Assembly: GCA_964371255.1 (NCBI GenBank)
Contig: CAYJKV010000002.1
Span: 66,553 to 130,552, forward strand
DNA from: an uncultured Candidatus Saccharibacteria bacterium
GTDB lineage: Bacteria > Patescibacteriota > Andersenbacteria > UBA10190
Length of the DNA stretch: 64,000 nucleotides
Direction: 5' to 3'
Shown in pieces: positions 27,283 to 37,856 of this stretch. Positions within the stretch are counted from its first letter, which is position 1. Each line of letters opens with the position of its first letter. A program made the translations under genes and the position numbers. The notes beneath the pieces are model-generated. The model saw only the letters and a program-made list of their open reading frames with translations, was not told where the DNA came from and ran no database searches.

Positions 27283-28038
27283 ATGACCAATCTACAACAA
27301 ATAAAAACCTATTTAGACGATTATCTCAATCTCGCCAGCTTTAGTGATGACTCTTGGAATGGGCTGCAATACGAGGGATCGTCTCAAATTCATAAGATCG
27401 CTTCAGCTGTTGATGCCACTTCCCAAGCGTTCGCGGCGGCCGGGGAGGCGGGTGCAGATATGCTCTTAGTCCATCACGGCTTGTTCTGGCACCAGTCGAA
27501 TCCCTCGTTGGTTGGCTGGCAAAAAGATAGGCTAGATTTATTAAGGAGTCAACAAATATCTCTTTATGCTGCTCATTTACCCCTCGACCAACATCCAGTC
27601 GTTGGCAACAACGCCCAAATTTTGAACCTGCTTAAGGCCCAGCGTACGGTTGGATTTTATCCCCACGACAATAATAACATCGGCTGGATAGGTCAGGTAA
27701 AACCAACCGCCCTATCGACCATTACTGACCAGTTAAACACAGGCCTGGCCGCTGCCTGCCGGGTTTTACCATTCGGCAAAAAACAGGTCACAACCATTGC
27801 TGTTTGTTCTGGGAGTGGCGGTTATGCCGGCTTTTTTGCTGCTTTGGCTGCCCATGTTGATCTGTACATCAGCGGCGACCCTGTCTACGTGGATCCTAAC
27901 GCGAAGGAAGCCCGGCTCAATGTCATATTTGCCGGACATTATGCGACCGAAACATTGGGTGTCATAACCCTGTCGGAGCAGTTGTCCCGGCAATATTCAC
28001 TGCCGCATACGTTTCTGGAACTGCCACCTGATCCCTGA
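27283..28038 (+). CDS. Nif3-like dinuclear metal-centre protein (GTP cyclohydrolase 1 type 2 / YqfO family)
   Basis: 251 aa with DSWNGLQ, LLVHHGLFW, LYAAHLPLDQHP and the C-terminal GHYATE. Confidence 0.8.
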   Translation: MTNLQQIKTYLDDYLNLASFSDDSWNGLQYEGSSQIHKIASAVDATSQAFAAAGEAGADMLLVHHGLFWHQSNPSLVGWQKDRLDLLRSQQISLYAAHLPLDQHPVVGNNAQILNLLKAQRTVGFYPHDNNNIGWIGQVKPTALSTITDQLNTGLAAACRVLPFGKKQVTTIAVCSGSGGYAGFFAALAAHVDLYISGDPVYVDPNAKEARLNVIFAGHYATETLGVITLSEQLSRQYSLPHTFLELPPDP

Positions 28039-28101
28039 TCATTAGTTCTGCCATCTTTGAGTGCTCGCTAAAAACGATAAAAAAAAGCCGACCTGCAATG
28101 A

Positions 28102-28590
28102 TCAGCTATAAGACATGGTTGCTAAAACAGCTTCGTGTCGCGTCCTTAGTCCATTTTCTCTTTCGGCAATGCTAACCAGCCAGTCTCTGCGTAACTCCTC
28201 AATTAATGCGGCCTGTACTGCGCTATTTTCATCTTGTAGAGCAAACAGCAATTCACCGTACGTCTGGATTAATCCGGGAAGCGCTATGGATAATTTGCAT
28301 CCTTCGCCGTGTTGGTCGTGACATCTTAATATCGTCCTCGCTACCAACTTTATCGCACTAACTTCCGGCCAATAAAAAATCATCATTCCTTTACCGCACC
28401 GGCAATATCCAACATTGCGTAGCTTATTATTGGGCATAGGTTCCAATGGATCCCAGCCAACAGTCGAGAATAATTCCGGGTTGGCTTCCTTATTACCTCC
28501 TGGCAACAACACTCCGCCTTGTTTTCCTACCAAAATAAAGGGAATGATCACCTTTCGCATTGCGTGTCTCCTAATAATAGAAAGAACCAC
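28102..28590 (-). CDS. hypothetical protein (Cys/His-rich; no recognised family)
   Basis: 162 aa as the maximal ORF; the start is probably the MRKV ATG at 28560. Contains CRCGKG and CHDQHGEGC. It sits antisense to the flanking operons. Confidence 0.3.
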   Translation of the reverse strand: MVLSIIRRHAMRKVIIPFILVGKQGGVLLPGGNKEANPELFSTVGWDPLEPMPNNKLRNVGYCRCGKGMMIFYWPEVSAIKLVARTILRCHDQHGEGCKLSIALPGLIQTYGELLFALQDENSAVQAALIEELRRDWLVSIAERENGLRTRHEAVLATMSYS

Positions 28591-28626
28591 TTAACCGCGC
28601 ATCATATTATGATAAACGATAATTAA

Positions 28627-29733
28627 TCAACTCTCAATTATCGCTAGTGTTTGTTTGGCTGTCTTGTCCCAGCTTACATTCTTTATTCGTTGCCTTCCCC
28701 TATTGATCAACTCTGCTCGTCCATTGATCGCTGCTTGGATACCATTTTTGATACTTAAGACATCAGTTGCTTTAATGATTTGCGCTGCGCCGCCCGCTAC
28801 ATCTGGTAACGCTGAATTATCACTTGTTACTACCGGACAGCCACAGCTCATCGCTTCCAATATTGGCATGCCGAATCCTTCATACAAACTGGGCAGCACA
28901 AAAACCTCTGCTCCCCAATATAAAGCGCGCAGCTCATTGTCCTTAACTGTTCCCAGGCGGTGAATTCTATTTTTAAACGGTGAATTATTATAAGCGTTAT
29001 CGATTGTTTGGCGTTTCCAGCCATGCCCCCCGGCCAATACTAATTGCCAATTATGATTCTCCGGCGCGAGCCGGTTAAAAGCTTTGATTAGTCTGACCAA
29101 ATTTTTTCTCGGCTGTATCTGCCCGACGTATAGAATATAAGGCTTGGTAATTCCCAGCTTCTGATTGATTACACCCATTGCCAATTGTGCCTCTTGCTCA
29201 TCCCGCGGCAAACGCCATTGCTCTTGATCTATGCCGTGTCCGACCACTCTAACTTCGCGGGTTCGCCGATAGTATTGAGCGATATCCCTGGCTGTCGCTT
29301 TCGACACCGCGATGATCTTCGTTGCTTGCCGGCAAACCTGAGCGCTGAATAGGTGCAGCAGCAGCCAGTCTTTGAAAGTAAATTGCCGGGGAAATTTGTG
29401 AATGGCTAAATCATGTACCACGGCTACCGTCTTCATTCTCGGCCTTAAAATCGGTAACTGCTGGATCGGCATGAATAATATCTCGGGTCGATACCGGTAA
29501 AGTTCCCATGGTAAACGAAGCTGCGTCCAGTATTTTGGCCAAGGTGATTTTAGTATTTTTACATTAGCGGCGGTTATTTCCTTTTCTACCCCTGGCGATA
29601 AAGAGGGACAAAAAAATAACCATTCATGTTTCGGTTGTAACTTTGGCAGCCTCTTCGCCAGCTCTTTGGTATATCTAGTCGTACCGTCCGCCCGGTTACT
29701 CGCTAAGTCTGAAATATCAAAGGCAATCTTCAT
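28627..29733 (-). CDS. glycosyltransferase family 4 (GT-B, retaining)
   Basis: 368 aa with the GT4 C-terminal signature SLYEGFGMPILEAMSCGCPVVTS. Confidence 0.85.
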   Translation of the reverse strand: MKIAFDISDLASNRADGTTRYTKELAKRLPKLQPKHEWLFFCPSLSPGVEKEITAANVKILKSPWPKYWTQLRLPWELYRYRPEILFMPIQQLPILRPRMKTVAVVHDLAIHKFPRQFTFKDWLLLHLFSAQVCRQATKIIAVSKATARDIAQYYRRTREVRVVGHGIDQEQWRLPRDEQEAQLAMGVINQKLGITKPYILYVGQIQPRKNLVRLIKAFNRLAPENHNWQLVLAGGHGWKRQTIDNAYNNSPFKNRIHRLGTVKDNELRALYWGAEVFVLPSLYEGFGMPILEAMSCGCPVVTSDNSALPDVAGGAAQIIKATDVLSIKNGIQAAINGRAELINRGRQRIKNVSWDKTAKQTLAIIES

Positions 29734-29756
29734 AGTTCCACCTTATCACACTCCGC

Positions 29757-32396
29757 TTAAAGCTCACGGATAAGTTTCAGCAAAGTGGCAACTCGGTTAT
29801 CCCAGTCGTGCGGCTCTGCTGCCTTGATTCTTTCCCGGCCGCCTGCCTCAGGTGCTCGATATGCTCTTCGAATACCATTTATAAAATCACGCTCGTTTTT
29901 GGCATAATTAATTAAATTGACGTATTCTCTCAGCTCGGGTAACCCCGTGACAACAATTGGCTTGCCCGTCGCCATAAACTCCCAGAACTTTAAGGGAAAA
30001 CTCGCTGCGTTGTATTTATTGGCGCGATAAGGAATAACGCATACATCAAAACAGTGGACAAATTGAGGCACCTGCGCTGGCGGTATTGTCCCCAGTAAAC
30101 TAACATTCTGAAGGCTCGCTAACTTTTTTAAAAGCTTCTTTTTTCTATCGATAATCGGTGAGCCGATAAACACAAAACTCCAGTCAGGCTGTGCCTGTGC
30201 TGCCCGATACAATAGCTCAAAATCCACCTTATATTCGTCCAGCGCCCCCACTGATCCAATAATTGGTTTCTGGAGCTTGGCCAACTCCTTAGGACATTGG
30301 CTCTCTGGCCGGCTGAATAATTTTGTGTTGCCGGCATTGAGCACTAATTTCACGTTGCGCCCTTTTTTGCTTTTACTATGAAAGAGACGTTTTGACGTCA
30401 CGCAAATTAGATCGGCCCGCTGCATAATCCTCTCTTCTTCCTCCTTTACCCGTGTCGGGTTTCTGTCTACGCCTGCTTGCGCCGCGTGGTCGTCTACACA
30501 ATCATAGATGACTTTGTCACCCTTGAAGGCGGATAAATATTCGGCTGCTTCAGTATCGTATACCCACATTATTCTCTCTCCTCGCTTGAATTTAAGCAGC
30601 GTCGCTATGTTTAAAACATTATAGCGGTTCAGTAGATGATTAAACCTGGCGACTGCACCCAGCTCCCTTGATCCAGGGATTAAATTAAACTGTGCCTTGA
30701 TATACAGGTTGTCATTTATTCGCTGGTACCAGAACAATCGCTTGCCATAAGACCAGATTCTTCCCGGCCTGCCTAAATTTTTCCCAATATATTTAACTAT
30801 CCACACCCGAGGTTCAACATACAGAACTGGTATATGGCAGCTAATTCTTGACATCACGTTTTGTCGGTTGGTCCATGTATTCGCGCCGTATTCAGCGCCG
30901 GCAAAACAAACAATTGTGTTCCTTACAGGCATTTTCCCTCTCCTGACCTCCCTCCGGCCCATTAAGGCTAACTCTTTGACGCCTGGTATCAGACGGCTCT
31001 TTCTGGCTTCGAACCAGACAAATCCTCCCAATAAAATAAACGCCATCAATCGCCATCCGAAAGGTGGATCAAAAAATAACCAACAAAAACTTACGGCTAG
31101 TAATAACAGAAACAGTAGCAATTGCCTTGTGAGTACACTGACGCCAAACTTTGTCTTGGCGATCGTCACCATCAGCGCGTAAGACAGCAATACGCCCCCT
31201 AACACGGCCCAGGCTGATAACAAAGGGTCTGGTTTCACAAATAGTAAACCGGTCATAATCACCCCTGTCACGCTGGTCATTAACAGGTATGTGTAAGCCC
31301 GTAATTTTGGGGCATCGGCTGGCACGAACACGCTGCTAGTCCCAATGTCGACTAACGTATAGAGGAAAAAGCCAAGGGTCATCACCAGGATTATCTTATG
31401 CGCTGCCAGATATTCTGCGCCGATTACATATTGTAAAATTTCTGGTGTGAAAAATAGCAGCAGCAACGCAATTCCCATCATCAACACCAATACCCGCTGC
31501 ATGTTACGAGTGACTACTTGGGCGAATTCGCCCCTTTGCTTCGTATAGAGGGAACTCATCCAGGCCAGATTCACCTCAGATAAGGCCATTGCTATTATCG
31601 TCATCTTCGAACCGAAAGTTTGTGATACATTCAAATAGCCCAGCTGTTCAGCCGATAGCACGCCACCTAACATGAGAATCGGCAAGCGCTGCCATAATAT
31701 AAAGAATATTCTGGCTGCGTACATATAAGCGCCAATACGCATCACGCGCCAGCCATATTTTTTTACGTCCGACCAGCTAGGCAACGCGAGATTCTGTTTC
31801 AACGCTCGGGTAATCAGCCAGAACAACAAAATAATCATTAGGGTGGTGGTTAACACAATTGCCCAAAAGAAACCAGCGACGCCAAATTTCCAAGCCATAT
31901 AGCCAAACACCGCCACGTTAATTGCTGCCGTCACAATTTGCACTACATAAAGTTCAATGAACTTCTTCATGCCAGTCAGCGTCGCGCCCATTACGTCCTG
32001 TAAGCCTTGCAACACTAACACGCCAGCGAACACTTCTAAAAAAGTTTCAATCTCGGGACGTCCGTATACTCGGCCGGCAATTAAACCTGCCAACAACAGC
32101 AATCCTACTGATAAGGGGATAGTTACGATTTGTCTAACCAGATGCGACACCCAAAATACCTTGCCAACCTCGCGGTTATTTTCTAAGACCGCGATCTCTC
32201 TGATCGCGCCATCGACAATCCCTAAATGCTGCGATACACCAATCACACCGCCAATTGACATCACTAATCCCACCAAGCCATATTCAGCCGGCGAAAATAT
32301 CCGAATAATTATAATGCTTTGTATGATGCCCAGCGCGGTTGTTACCGTCTTGGCTCCGATTGATATCGCTTGAATTCTACCCAGTTTGAACGGCAT
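29757..32396 (-). CDS. fusion protein: N-terminal Wzx-like polysaccharide-biosynthesis membrane domain (MOP superfamily, ~470 aa) and C-terminal GT-B glycosyltransferase domain
   Basis: 879 aa. Residues 1-~470 are polytopic (12-14 predicted helices) with the PST-family layout. Residues ~480-879 are soluble, with a GT4-like nucleotide-sugar-binding motif (FPLKFWEFMATGKPIVVTGLPEL). Confidence 0.6.
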   Translation of the reverse strand: MPFKLGRIQAISIGAKTVTTALGIIQSIIIIRIFSPAEYGLVGLVMSIGGVIGVSQHLGIVDGAIREIAVLENNREVGKVFWVSHLVRQIVTIPLSVGLLLLAGLIAGRVYGRPEIETFLEVFAGVLVLQGLQDVMGATLTGMKKFIELYVVQIVTAAINVAVFGYMAWKFGVAGFFWAIVLTTTLMIILLFWLITRALKQNLALPSWSDVKKYGWRVMRIGAYMYAARIFFILWQRLPILMLGGVLSAEQLGYLNVSQTFGSKMTIIAMALSEVNLAWMSSLYTKQRGEFAQVVTRNMQRVLVLMMGIALLLLFFTPEILQYVIGAEYLAAHKIILVMTLGFFLYTLVDIGTSSVFVPADAPKLRAYTYLLMTSVTGVIMTGLLFVKPDPLLSAWAVLGGVLLSYALMVTIAKTKFGVSVLTRQLLLFLLLLAVSFCWLFFDPPFGWRLMAFILLGGFVWFEARKSRLIPGVKELALMGRREVRRGKMPVRNTIVCFAGAEYGANTWTNRQNVMSRISCHIPVLYVEPRVWIVKYIGKNLGRPGRIWSYGKRLFWYQRINDNLYIKAQFNLIPGSRELGAVARFNHLLNRYNVLNIATLLKFKRGERIMWVYDTEAAEYLSAFKGDKVIYDCVDDHAAQAGVDRNPTRVKEEEERIMQRADLICVTSKRLFHSKSKKGRNVKLVLNAGNTKLFSRPESQCPKELAKLQKPIIGSVGALDEYKVDFELLYRAAQAQPDWSFVFIGSPIIDRKKKLLKKLASLQNVSLLGTIPPAQVPQFVHCFDVCVIPYRANKYNAASFPLKFWEFMATGKPIVVTGLPELREYVNLINYAKNERDFINGIRRAYRAPEAGGRERIKAAEPHDWDNRVATLLKLIREL

Positions 32397-32646
32397 ATGA
32401 ATAAATTAAATAGTACATCATAATCCACGCATTTCCCTGATCCGTCAAATGCTGATCAGTGCTTGCCTTAATACTTCAGCAAGGTTAACCGCGGTGCTTA
32501 TTATTAGTACTACTCAAGCCCTTTCTTACTACTCACCCTTCACTTAAGGTTTCATCTTCCCGAGGGTTTCTATTATTACCAAAAAACAAACCGCCCCCCG
32601 CCCTTCTTCACAAATTTGGTTATCGAAGGTTTCAGTTAATTAGATT

Positions 32647-33858
32647 TTACTGTGCCACTATGCCCAAAATGGCCTGCTCAATAACTTTGATCCTCTCTTC
32701 CCACGTGAATTTCTCCCTTGCCCTTTTCTGTGCTGCCCGCCCTAATTTTTCCCGAAAATTCTTATCCCTTAAGATTTTAGCCATGGCCTTTTCTATCGCC
32801 TGGGTCTCGCCGGACTCGACTATTATTCCCGTCCCTCCATCTATCACGGCTTCCGGAATCCCGCCGGTTCTGGTTGCCACAGCCGGTACGCCTTGGGCGG
32901 CTGCTTCCAGATAAACTATACCGAAGCCCTCGATGTCATCACCTAATGGTTTTGGCGTCAGTGCGAATAAAACTGCACCCGCATATAGCGCCGGCAAATC
33001 TGCGTTTGGTACCTCGGGTAAAAATAAAACGGCGGGATCAATTAATTCCCGCTCTACTGCCTTCTGCAGCGCTGACAACTGTGGCCCATCACCAACTATT
33101 ACCAGTGACGTATTACCAAATTCTGTCTGGTCCAATCTGGCAAAAGCCGCAATTAGCTCATCCCATCCCTTGCGTTCAATTAACCGCCCGACGCCAATCA
33201 CGTATGGTCTCCTGATATCATATTTCTTCAGCACCTTAACAATGTCTTCCTCGGCCACTGCACTGAAAATTATGTCATCTACTCCCGGCCAGGCCTTAAC
33301 AATTTTTTGTTCATTCACACCAATTTGTTTCAAGCTATCGCGGATCTGATCATTCAGGCAAAAAACTGCACTCGCTTCTTTGGTCACCATCCTTAATTTT
33401 TTCTTTTCTCGCCAGTGCTGGCGCCACCTTTCGATTTCCATGCCATATGTAAATATCACATACGGGATACCCAGTTTTTGTTTGATTAAATAACCGACCA
33501 ATCCTTCGAATAATCCTTTGCCACATAATACCGCGTCAAATTTCTCATCTTGGGCTCGCTTCTTTATCCACCAGTAAAGTCTTAGCCATCGGGGACGAAA
33601 CATTTTATTATAAAACCTCTTTCTAATAACTGCCACCTTGCGCCCTGTTTTGGGTGATCCGCTTGAGGTAATTACCTTAAATAGCGATTCTTCTCCGCTT
33701 TTCTCCGCTGTCGAATCCAAAAATTCGTGGTCATGTTTTAGTGCCACGACCGTGACTTCATGCCCATTCACCGCTAGATAATTAGCTATATGCCACAGAT
33801 AATTTTCTATTCCGCCAACATGCGGTGGCCAATTTTCAGTCAACATCAACAATTTCAT
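32647..33858 (-). CDS. glycosyltransferase family 4
   Basis: 403 aa with an N-terminal GT4 domain (MKLLMLTENWPPHVGGIENYL) and C-terminal EGFGIVYLEAAAQGVPAVATRTGGIPE. Confidence 0.85.
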   Translation of the reverse strand: MKLLMLTENWPPHVGGIENYLWHIANYLAVNGHEVTVVALKHDHEFLDSTAEKSGEESLFKVITSSGSPKTGRKVAVIRKRFYNKMFRPRWLRLYWWIKKRAQDEKFDAVLCGKGLFEGLVGYLIKQKLGIPYVIFTYGMEIERWRQHWREKKKLRMVTKEASAVFCLNDQIRDSLKQIGVNEQKIVKAWPGVDDIIFSAVAEEDIVKVLKKYDIRRPYVIGVGRLIERKGWDELIAAFARLDQTEFGNTSLVIVGDGPQLSALQKAVERELIDPAVLFLPEVPNADLPALYAGAVLFALTPKPLGDDIEGFGIVYLEAAAQGVPAVATRTGGIPEAVIDGGTGIIVESGETQAIEKAMAKILRDKNFREKLGRAAQKRAREKFTWEERIKVIEQAILGIVAQ

Positions 33859-33989
33859 ATATTTACATCCATACTATCACTTCTCGCTCGTGTTTACTCA
33901 ATACACAAGCTATCCCATTTGCTGACAATGCCCGATATTCCACCATTCGGCCTATTACTAATCCGCCGCTAATACGATCTAATGGAATA

Positions 33990-35432
33990 TTAATACGCTT
34001 TAACTAATCTTATGTTTTGATAGAAATACTTTAATATCTTCTGGTAGCTCCAACCGTCTTTATTCGCGAAACCATATGCTCCTTGCGCGCTCATGCCCAC
34101 GCAGTGTCCCTTGCATGAACTGGCCACGTGATGAGGGTCACTAACAGACTTTTGCAGGTGCGGAAACCGATCGGTGTTCCAGGCTTCCTTGGCTGACCGC
34201 GTCCGTCCATCAGAGTCGGAAAAGTACACGGTCGATACTGGCGTATCGCCCTCGCTATCTGCCACAATTATCCCCTTGACCTTATTAAAGACGGTGGCCA
34301 TTCTCGGCGTTATTATTTCATATTCGTAACCGCGGTAAATCTGATCAGCGGCTGTTTTCCCTATGTCGTACCCCCGGTTCACACTCCGTCCGCCCGTCAC
34401 GGCTTTGTGGTAAAGCACGTATGTTCTAGCCGCGATACTGAGTGCCTTGAGATACTCCTCCGGACCTTCACCAGACGTCTCCGCCAATCCGCGCAAGTAA
34501 TATTCTGTCCGAAGTTCATTGATCGCCCAGAGTTCATTAATCCCATCGCCTTTTCGTATCTCTATAATCCCGCGAAATCTATTATAGTTTTTCCCCGGAT
34601 AAGTAGCTGATGGATCAGAATAGCTTTTAATTTGCATGACCGCTTGATCTAGCGGTACTAACCTGATTTTGTTTATGGTATCAAAGCTTACGCCGCTGCC
34701 CCTGACGTGGTATTTGCCATCCGACCAGCTCACCTGCACAACATCATCTTTGCCTAACGTACTTAGTATTTTGCTACCGCCTTCCCGAATCTGGTATTTG
34801 CCGCTGCTGGTTAAACTGATGGCTGAGCCATCTGTGCCATAGATCCCTATGCGTACTTGGTCGCCCATTGGATGAGTGCTTAATCCAGACACGCTCCGGC
34901 TGGTCACCCCCGTTTGTGCCTCACTGCTCCCCGTCTGCCCGCAAATTGTATCCTTACCTTTCCTGACGTTCTTTTGTTTATGAAACTGCATCGAACTTAT
35001 CAGGGCCTTGGCCGTTTTAATTTCATTACAACTAATTCGTTTCCGCCACCACGCCTTCTCGGCATTACTGGGATTGCTGCCATAAATATTAATAAAAACC
35101 GGCAACACATCCTTGATTAGCTGTTGTTTATTGTCGCCCGCCGCTGTTGCTTTTGTGCTGCTGCTCTTAGTACTCACTGCTGTTGTCCCGACTGTGAGTC
35201 CTTTCGATTTTTGGTACGACATCGCCCCCACCAACGAGTTCCAGTCATTCTTCTCACCGCTTAGCACTCGTTTCGCCCAATAGGTATTTTCTGCAGCTTG
35301 TGGATTTCTGCCATAAACAAAACGAAAAGCTTCGTTCACTCTATTGACCAGAGACTGCGCTTGGACCGGTCTAAAACCAATTATTCCAGCGCTTAATATC
35401 ATGACGATTGCTATCACTTTTATTTTAATCAT
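33990..35432 (-). CDS. secreted SpoIID/LytB-domain protein with two N-terminal ~50-aa tandem repeats
   Basis: 480 aa with signal peptide MIKIKVIAIVMILSAGIIGFRPVQA. The repeats FRFVYGRNPQAAENTYWAKRV and FINIYGSNPSNAEKAWWRKRI look DUF4214-like (low confidence). The C-terminal SpoIID/LytB consensus is EYYLRGLAETSGEGPEEYLKALSIAARTY. Confidence 0.65.
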   Translation of the reverse strand: MIKIKVIAIVMILSAGIIGFRPVQAQSLVNRVNEAFRFVYGRNPQAAENTYWAKRVLSGEKNDWNSLVGAMSYQKSKGLTVGTTAVSTKSSSTKATAAGDNKQQLIKDVLPVFINIYGSNPSNAEKAWWRKRISCNEIKTAKALISSMQFHKQKNVRKGKDTICGQTGSSEAQTGVTSRSVSGLSTHPMGDQVRIGIYGTDGSAISLTSSGKYQIREGGSKILSTLGKDDVVQVSWSDGKYHVRGSGVSFDTINKIRLVPLDQAVMQIKSYSDPSATYPGKNYNRFRGIIEIRKGDGINELWAINELRTEYYLRGLAETSGEGPEEYLKALSIAARTYVLYHKAVTGGRSVNRGYDIGKTAADQIYRGYEYEIITPRMATVFNKVKGIIVADSEGDTPVSTVYFSDSDGRTRSAKEAWNTDRFPHLQKSVSDPHHVASSCKGHCVGMSAQGAYGFANKDGWSYQKILKYFYQNIRLVKAY

Positions 35433-35642
35433 GTTATTTCATCCTACCTTACAACGCTTTGTTTGTTAACAACCTTACCTGAATCTGTGACTTGGACTTA
35501 TTCACTAAAACAGATAATCGCACGAACCGCCGTGCTATACTTTAGCTGTGTTTGCAGATTCTCCAGATACCTGGCTGGACACAACACTCTATTTGACAAT
35601 TTCGGAACTATCAAGCATATTAACACCTCATTTAATCATTTC

Positions 35643-36704
35643 ATGCGTACTCATAACCCATCCCCAACCCCTTCTTGCCTGTCGCCAGCAACTTTAATGG
35701 CGCAGCATAGTCAGTCTGGCGCCAAACCGAATTCGGCCTCCCGCCTGGCAATCATTCTACCTGCCCTCAATGAAGCTAAAACCATCGGCTCGGTCATCGC
35801 GCGCGTACCGCATAATATTGCTGGCATTATCGACGTTACTGTCATTGTCATAGATGACGGTTCGACCGACTTAACCGCCGACATCGCCCGCTCCTTTGGC
35901 GCCGTCGTTGTCTCGCACGATTTAAATAAAGGGGTTGGTGCCGCTTTTCACACTGGCCTGCGGACGGCCTTGGCGTCAGGTGCGGACATTATTGTTAATA
36001 TAGATGCTGACGGACAATTTAATCCGAGCGATATCCCCTCCCTGATCAAGCCCATTCAATCTGATCAAGCCGACTTTGTCACCGCTACCCGTTTTGCCGA
36101 TCCCGCCCTGACGCCCCAGATGCCAGCGATCAAACTGCTTGGTAATCACCTCATGACCGCGATGGTGAATTTTATTACCAAGAAAAAATTTACCGACGTT
36201 TCCTGCGGTTTCCGTGCTTATTCGCGGGAAGCTGCGTTGCGACTGACTTTGTTTGGTTATTTTACTTACACTCAGGAAACATTTATCGACCTGGCCTTCA
36301 AGCAGATTAGGATGGTGGAGGTGCCCCTGGCTATCCGCGGCGTCAGGCAGCATGGCCGCTCTCGGGTGGCTAATAATCTTTGGCGTTACGGTTTGAAAAC
36401 GACTACTATTATTTTCCGTGCGGCGCGTGATTATCGTCCGCATTATTTCTTCGGATTGCCAGGCTTAGTAATTTTTGCCAGTGGGGTAGGCAGCGGTCTT
36501 TTTTTGCTGCAGCATTTTTTACGGACTGGCCAAACATTTCCCTATCGCTCACTAGTACAACTGTCCGGTATTCTAATTATTGTTGGTTTTTTGCTGCTGT
36601 TCCTGTCCTTGCTGGCTGACATGATGCATCGCAACCGCATTATCGTGGAGGAGGCAGTTTATCATGCCCGCAAAGCTTCCTACCAGAATACGGATCTCCG
36701 CTGA
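35643..36704 (+). CDS. GT2 polyprenyl-phosphate sugar synthase (Dpm1/GtrB/ArnC-like) with C-terminal TM helices
   Basis: LAIILPALNEAKTIGSVIA...VIVIDDGSTD...DADGQFNP (DxD), followed by two C-terminal TM helices as in GtrB. The maximal ORF starts at 35463; plausible starts are the ATG at 35643 or 35697. Confidence 0.75.
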   Translation: MRTHNPSPTPSCLSPATLMAQHSQSGAKPNSASRLAIILPALNEAKTIGSVIARVPHNIAGIIDVTVIVIDDGSTDLTADIARSFGAVVVSHDLNKGVGAAFHTGLRTALASGADIIVNIDADGQFNPSDIPSLIKPIQSDQADFVTATRFADPALTPQMPAIKLLGNHLMTAMVNFITKKKFTDVSCGFRAYSREAALRLTLFGYFTYTQETFIDLAFKQIRMVEVPLAIRGVRQHGRSRVANNLWRYGLKTTTIIFRAARDYRPHYFFGLPGLVIFASGVGSGLFLLQHFLRTGQTFPYRSLVQLSGILIIVGFLLLFLSLLADMMHRNRIIVEEAVYHARKASYQNTDLR

Positions 36705-36734
36705 ACAGCCTTTCGCTGTCTAAATTTCTATCTT

Positions 36735-37856
36735 GTGCCAGCGTCAACCTCGTCGACCATCAAAATATTGTTTATTTCCCGGGGCTGTCGTCTCTCCGCC
36801 GGAGGCATGGAGCGTTTTAGCTACGACCTCATCCATGCCGCTCACCGCCAACCGGATTTATCCGTCTCTGCTATTTATCATCACGGTCATCGCTTAACCT
36901 CCCCTCTTTTTTCTATCCTTGTCATCCCTCGTGTTCTCTGGCAAGCCCGCCGTTTTGATGTCGTCCATCTGGGCGATCCTATGTTAGCTCTGGCTGGCTG
37001 GCTAGTAAAAACCATCTGGCGGAAACAAGTGGCAGTTTCCGTTCATGGTCTGGATATCACGTATCCCAATACTTTCTATCAGTTATACCTGCGCTTGTTC
37101 TTTTGCCAGCTCGATCAATATTTCCCCATTAGCTCACATGTTGCGAAATTACTGCGCTCATTTAATGTGACTGGTCATGTCCATGTTATTAATCCGCCTC
37201 TTTCCATCGACTACTTCGATCCTACTATCAATCGTGCTCAACTTTCATCCTGGCTGTCGCGTTTTAACATTGCTTCTCCTGCCGCTGACAATGGCGATCG
37301 CCCGATATATTTCTTAACCACGGGTCGTCTGGTTAGTCGCAAAGGCCAAGCCTGGTTCATCCAGTCTGTCCTGCCTCATTTACCTGCTCGGGTGCAGTAC
37401 TTGATTGCTGGCAGTGGACCGTTGGATCAATCCTTGCGCCAATTGATTAAGACACTGCAGCTTGATGATCGTGTTCACTTACTAGGACGTGTTTCGGTTG
37501 ATGATTTGCGTCTTCTCTACAACACTGTTGACGCCTACCTGCAGCCCAACATTCAAACCAAGAACGATGTTGAAGGATTCGGCCTGGTCGTGCTGGAGGC
37601 AGCTGCTTGCGAGCTGCCTGTCTATGCCTCCGCTGTCGACGGTATACCGGATGCCATTATTGATAATAAAAATGGCCGCTTGCTGCCAGCTGGTGATCCA
37701 CTCTCGTGGCAAACTGCTTTGGAGCAATACATATTAAAACCACACCGTTCCCCGGCAGCGCGCGCTTACACCCTCCAAAAATTCAATTGGACTTCTTATC
37801 TACAAACAATGCTTAATGCTTTAGGCCAGGATCCGGTGTCGCACAGTCGTTACTAA
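36735..37856 (+). CDS. glycosyltransferase family 4
   Basis: 373 aa with VEGFGLVVLEAAACELPVYASAVDGIPD, the GT4 EX7E-type region. Confidence 0.8.
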   Translation: MPASTSSTIKILFISRGCRLSAGGMERFSYDLIHAAHRQPDLSVSAIYHHGHRLTSPLFSILVIPRVLWQARRFDVVHLGDPMLALAGWLVKTIWRKQVAVSVHGLDITYPNTFYQLYLRLFFCQLDQYFPISSHVAKLLRSFNVTGHVHVINPPLSIDYFDPTINRAQLSSWLSRFNIASPAADNGDRPIYFLTTGRLVSRKGQAWFIQSVLPHLPARVQYLIAGSGPLDQSLRQLIKTLQLDDRVHLLGRVSVDDLRLLYNTVDAYLQPNIQTKNDVEGFGLVVLEAAACELPVYASAVDGIPDAIIDNKNGRLLPAGDPLSWQTALEQYILKPHRSPAARAYTLQKFNWTSYLQTMLNALGQDPVSHSRY

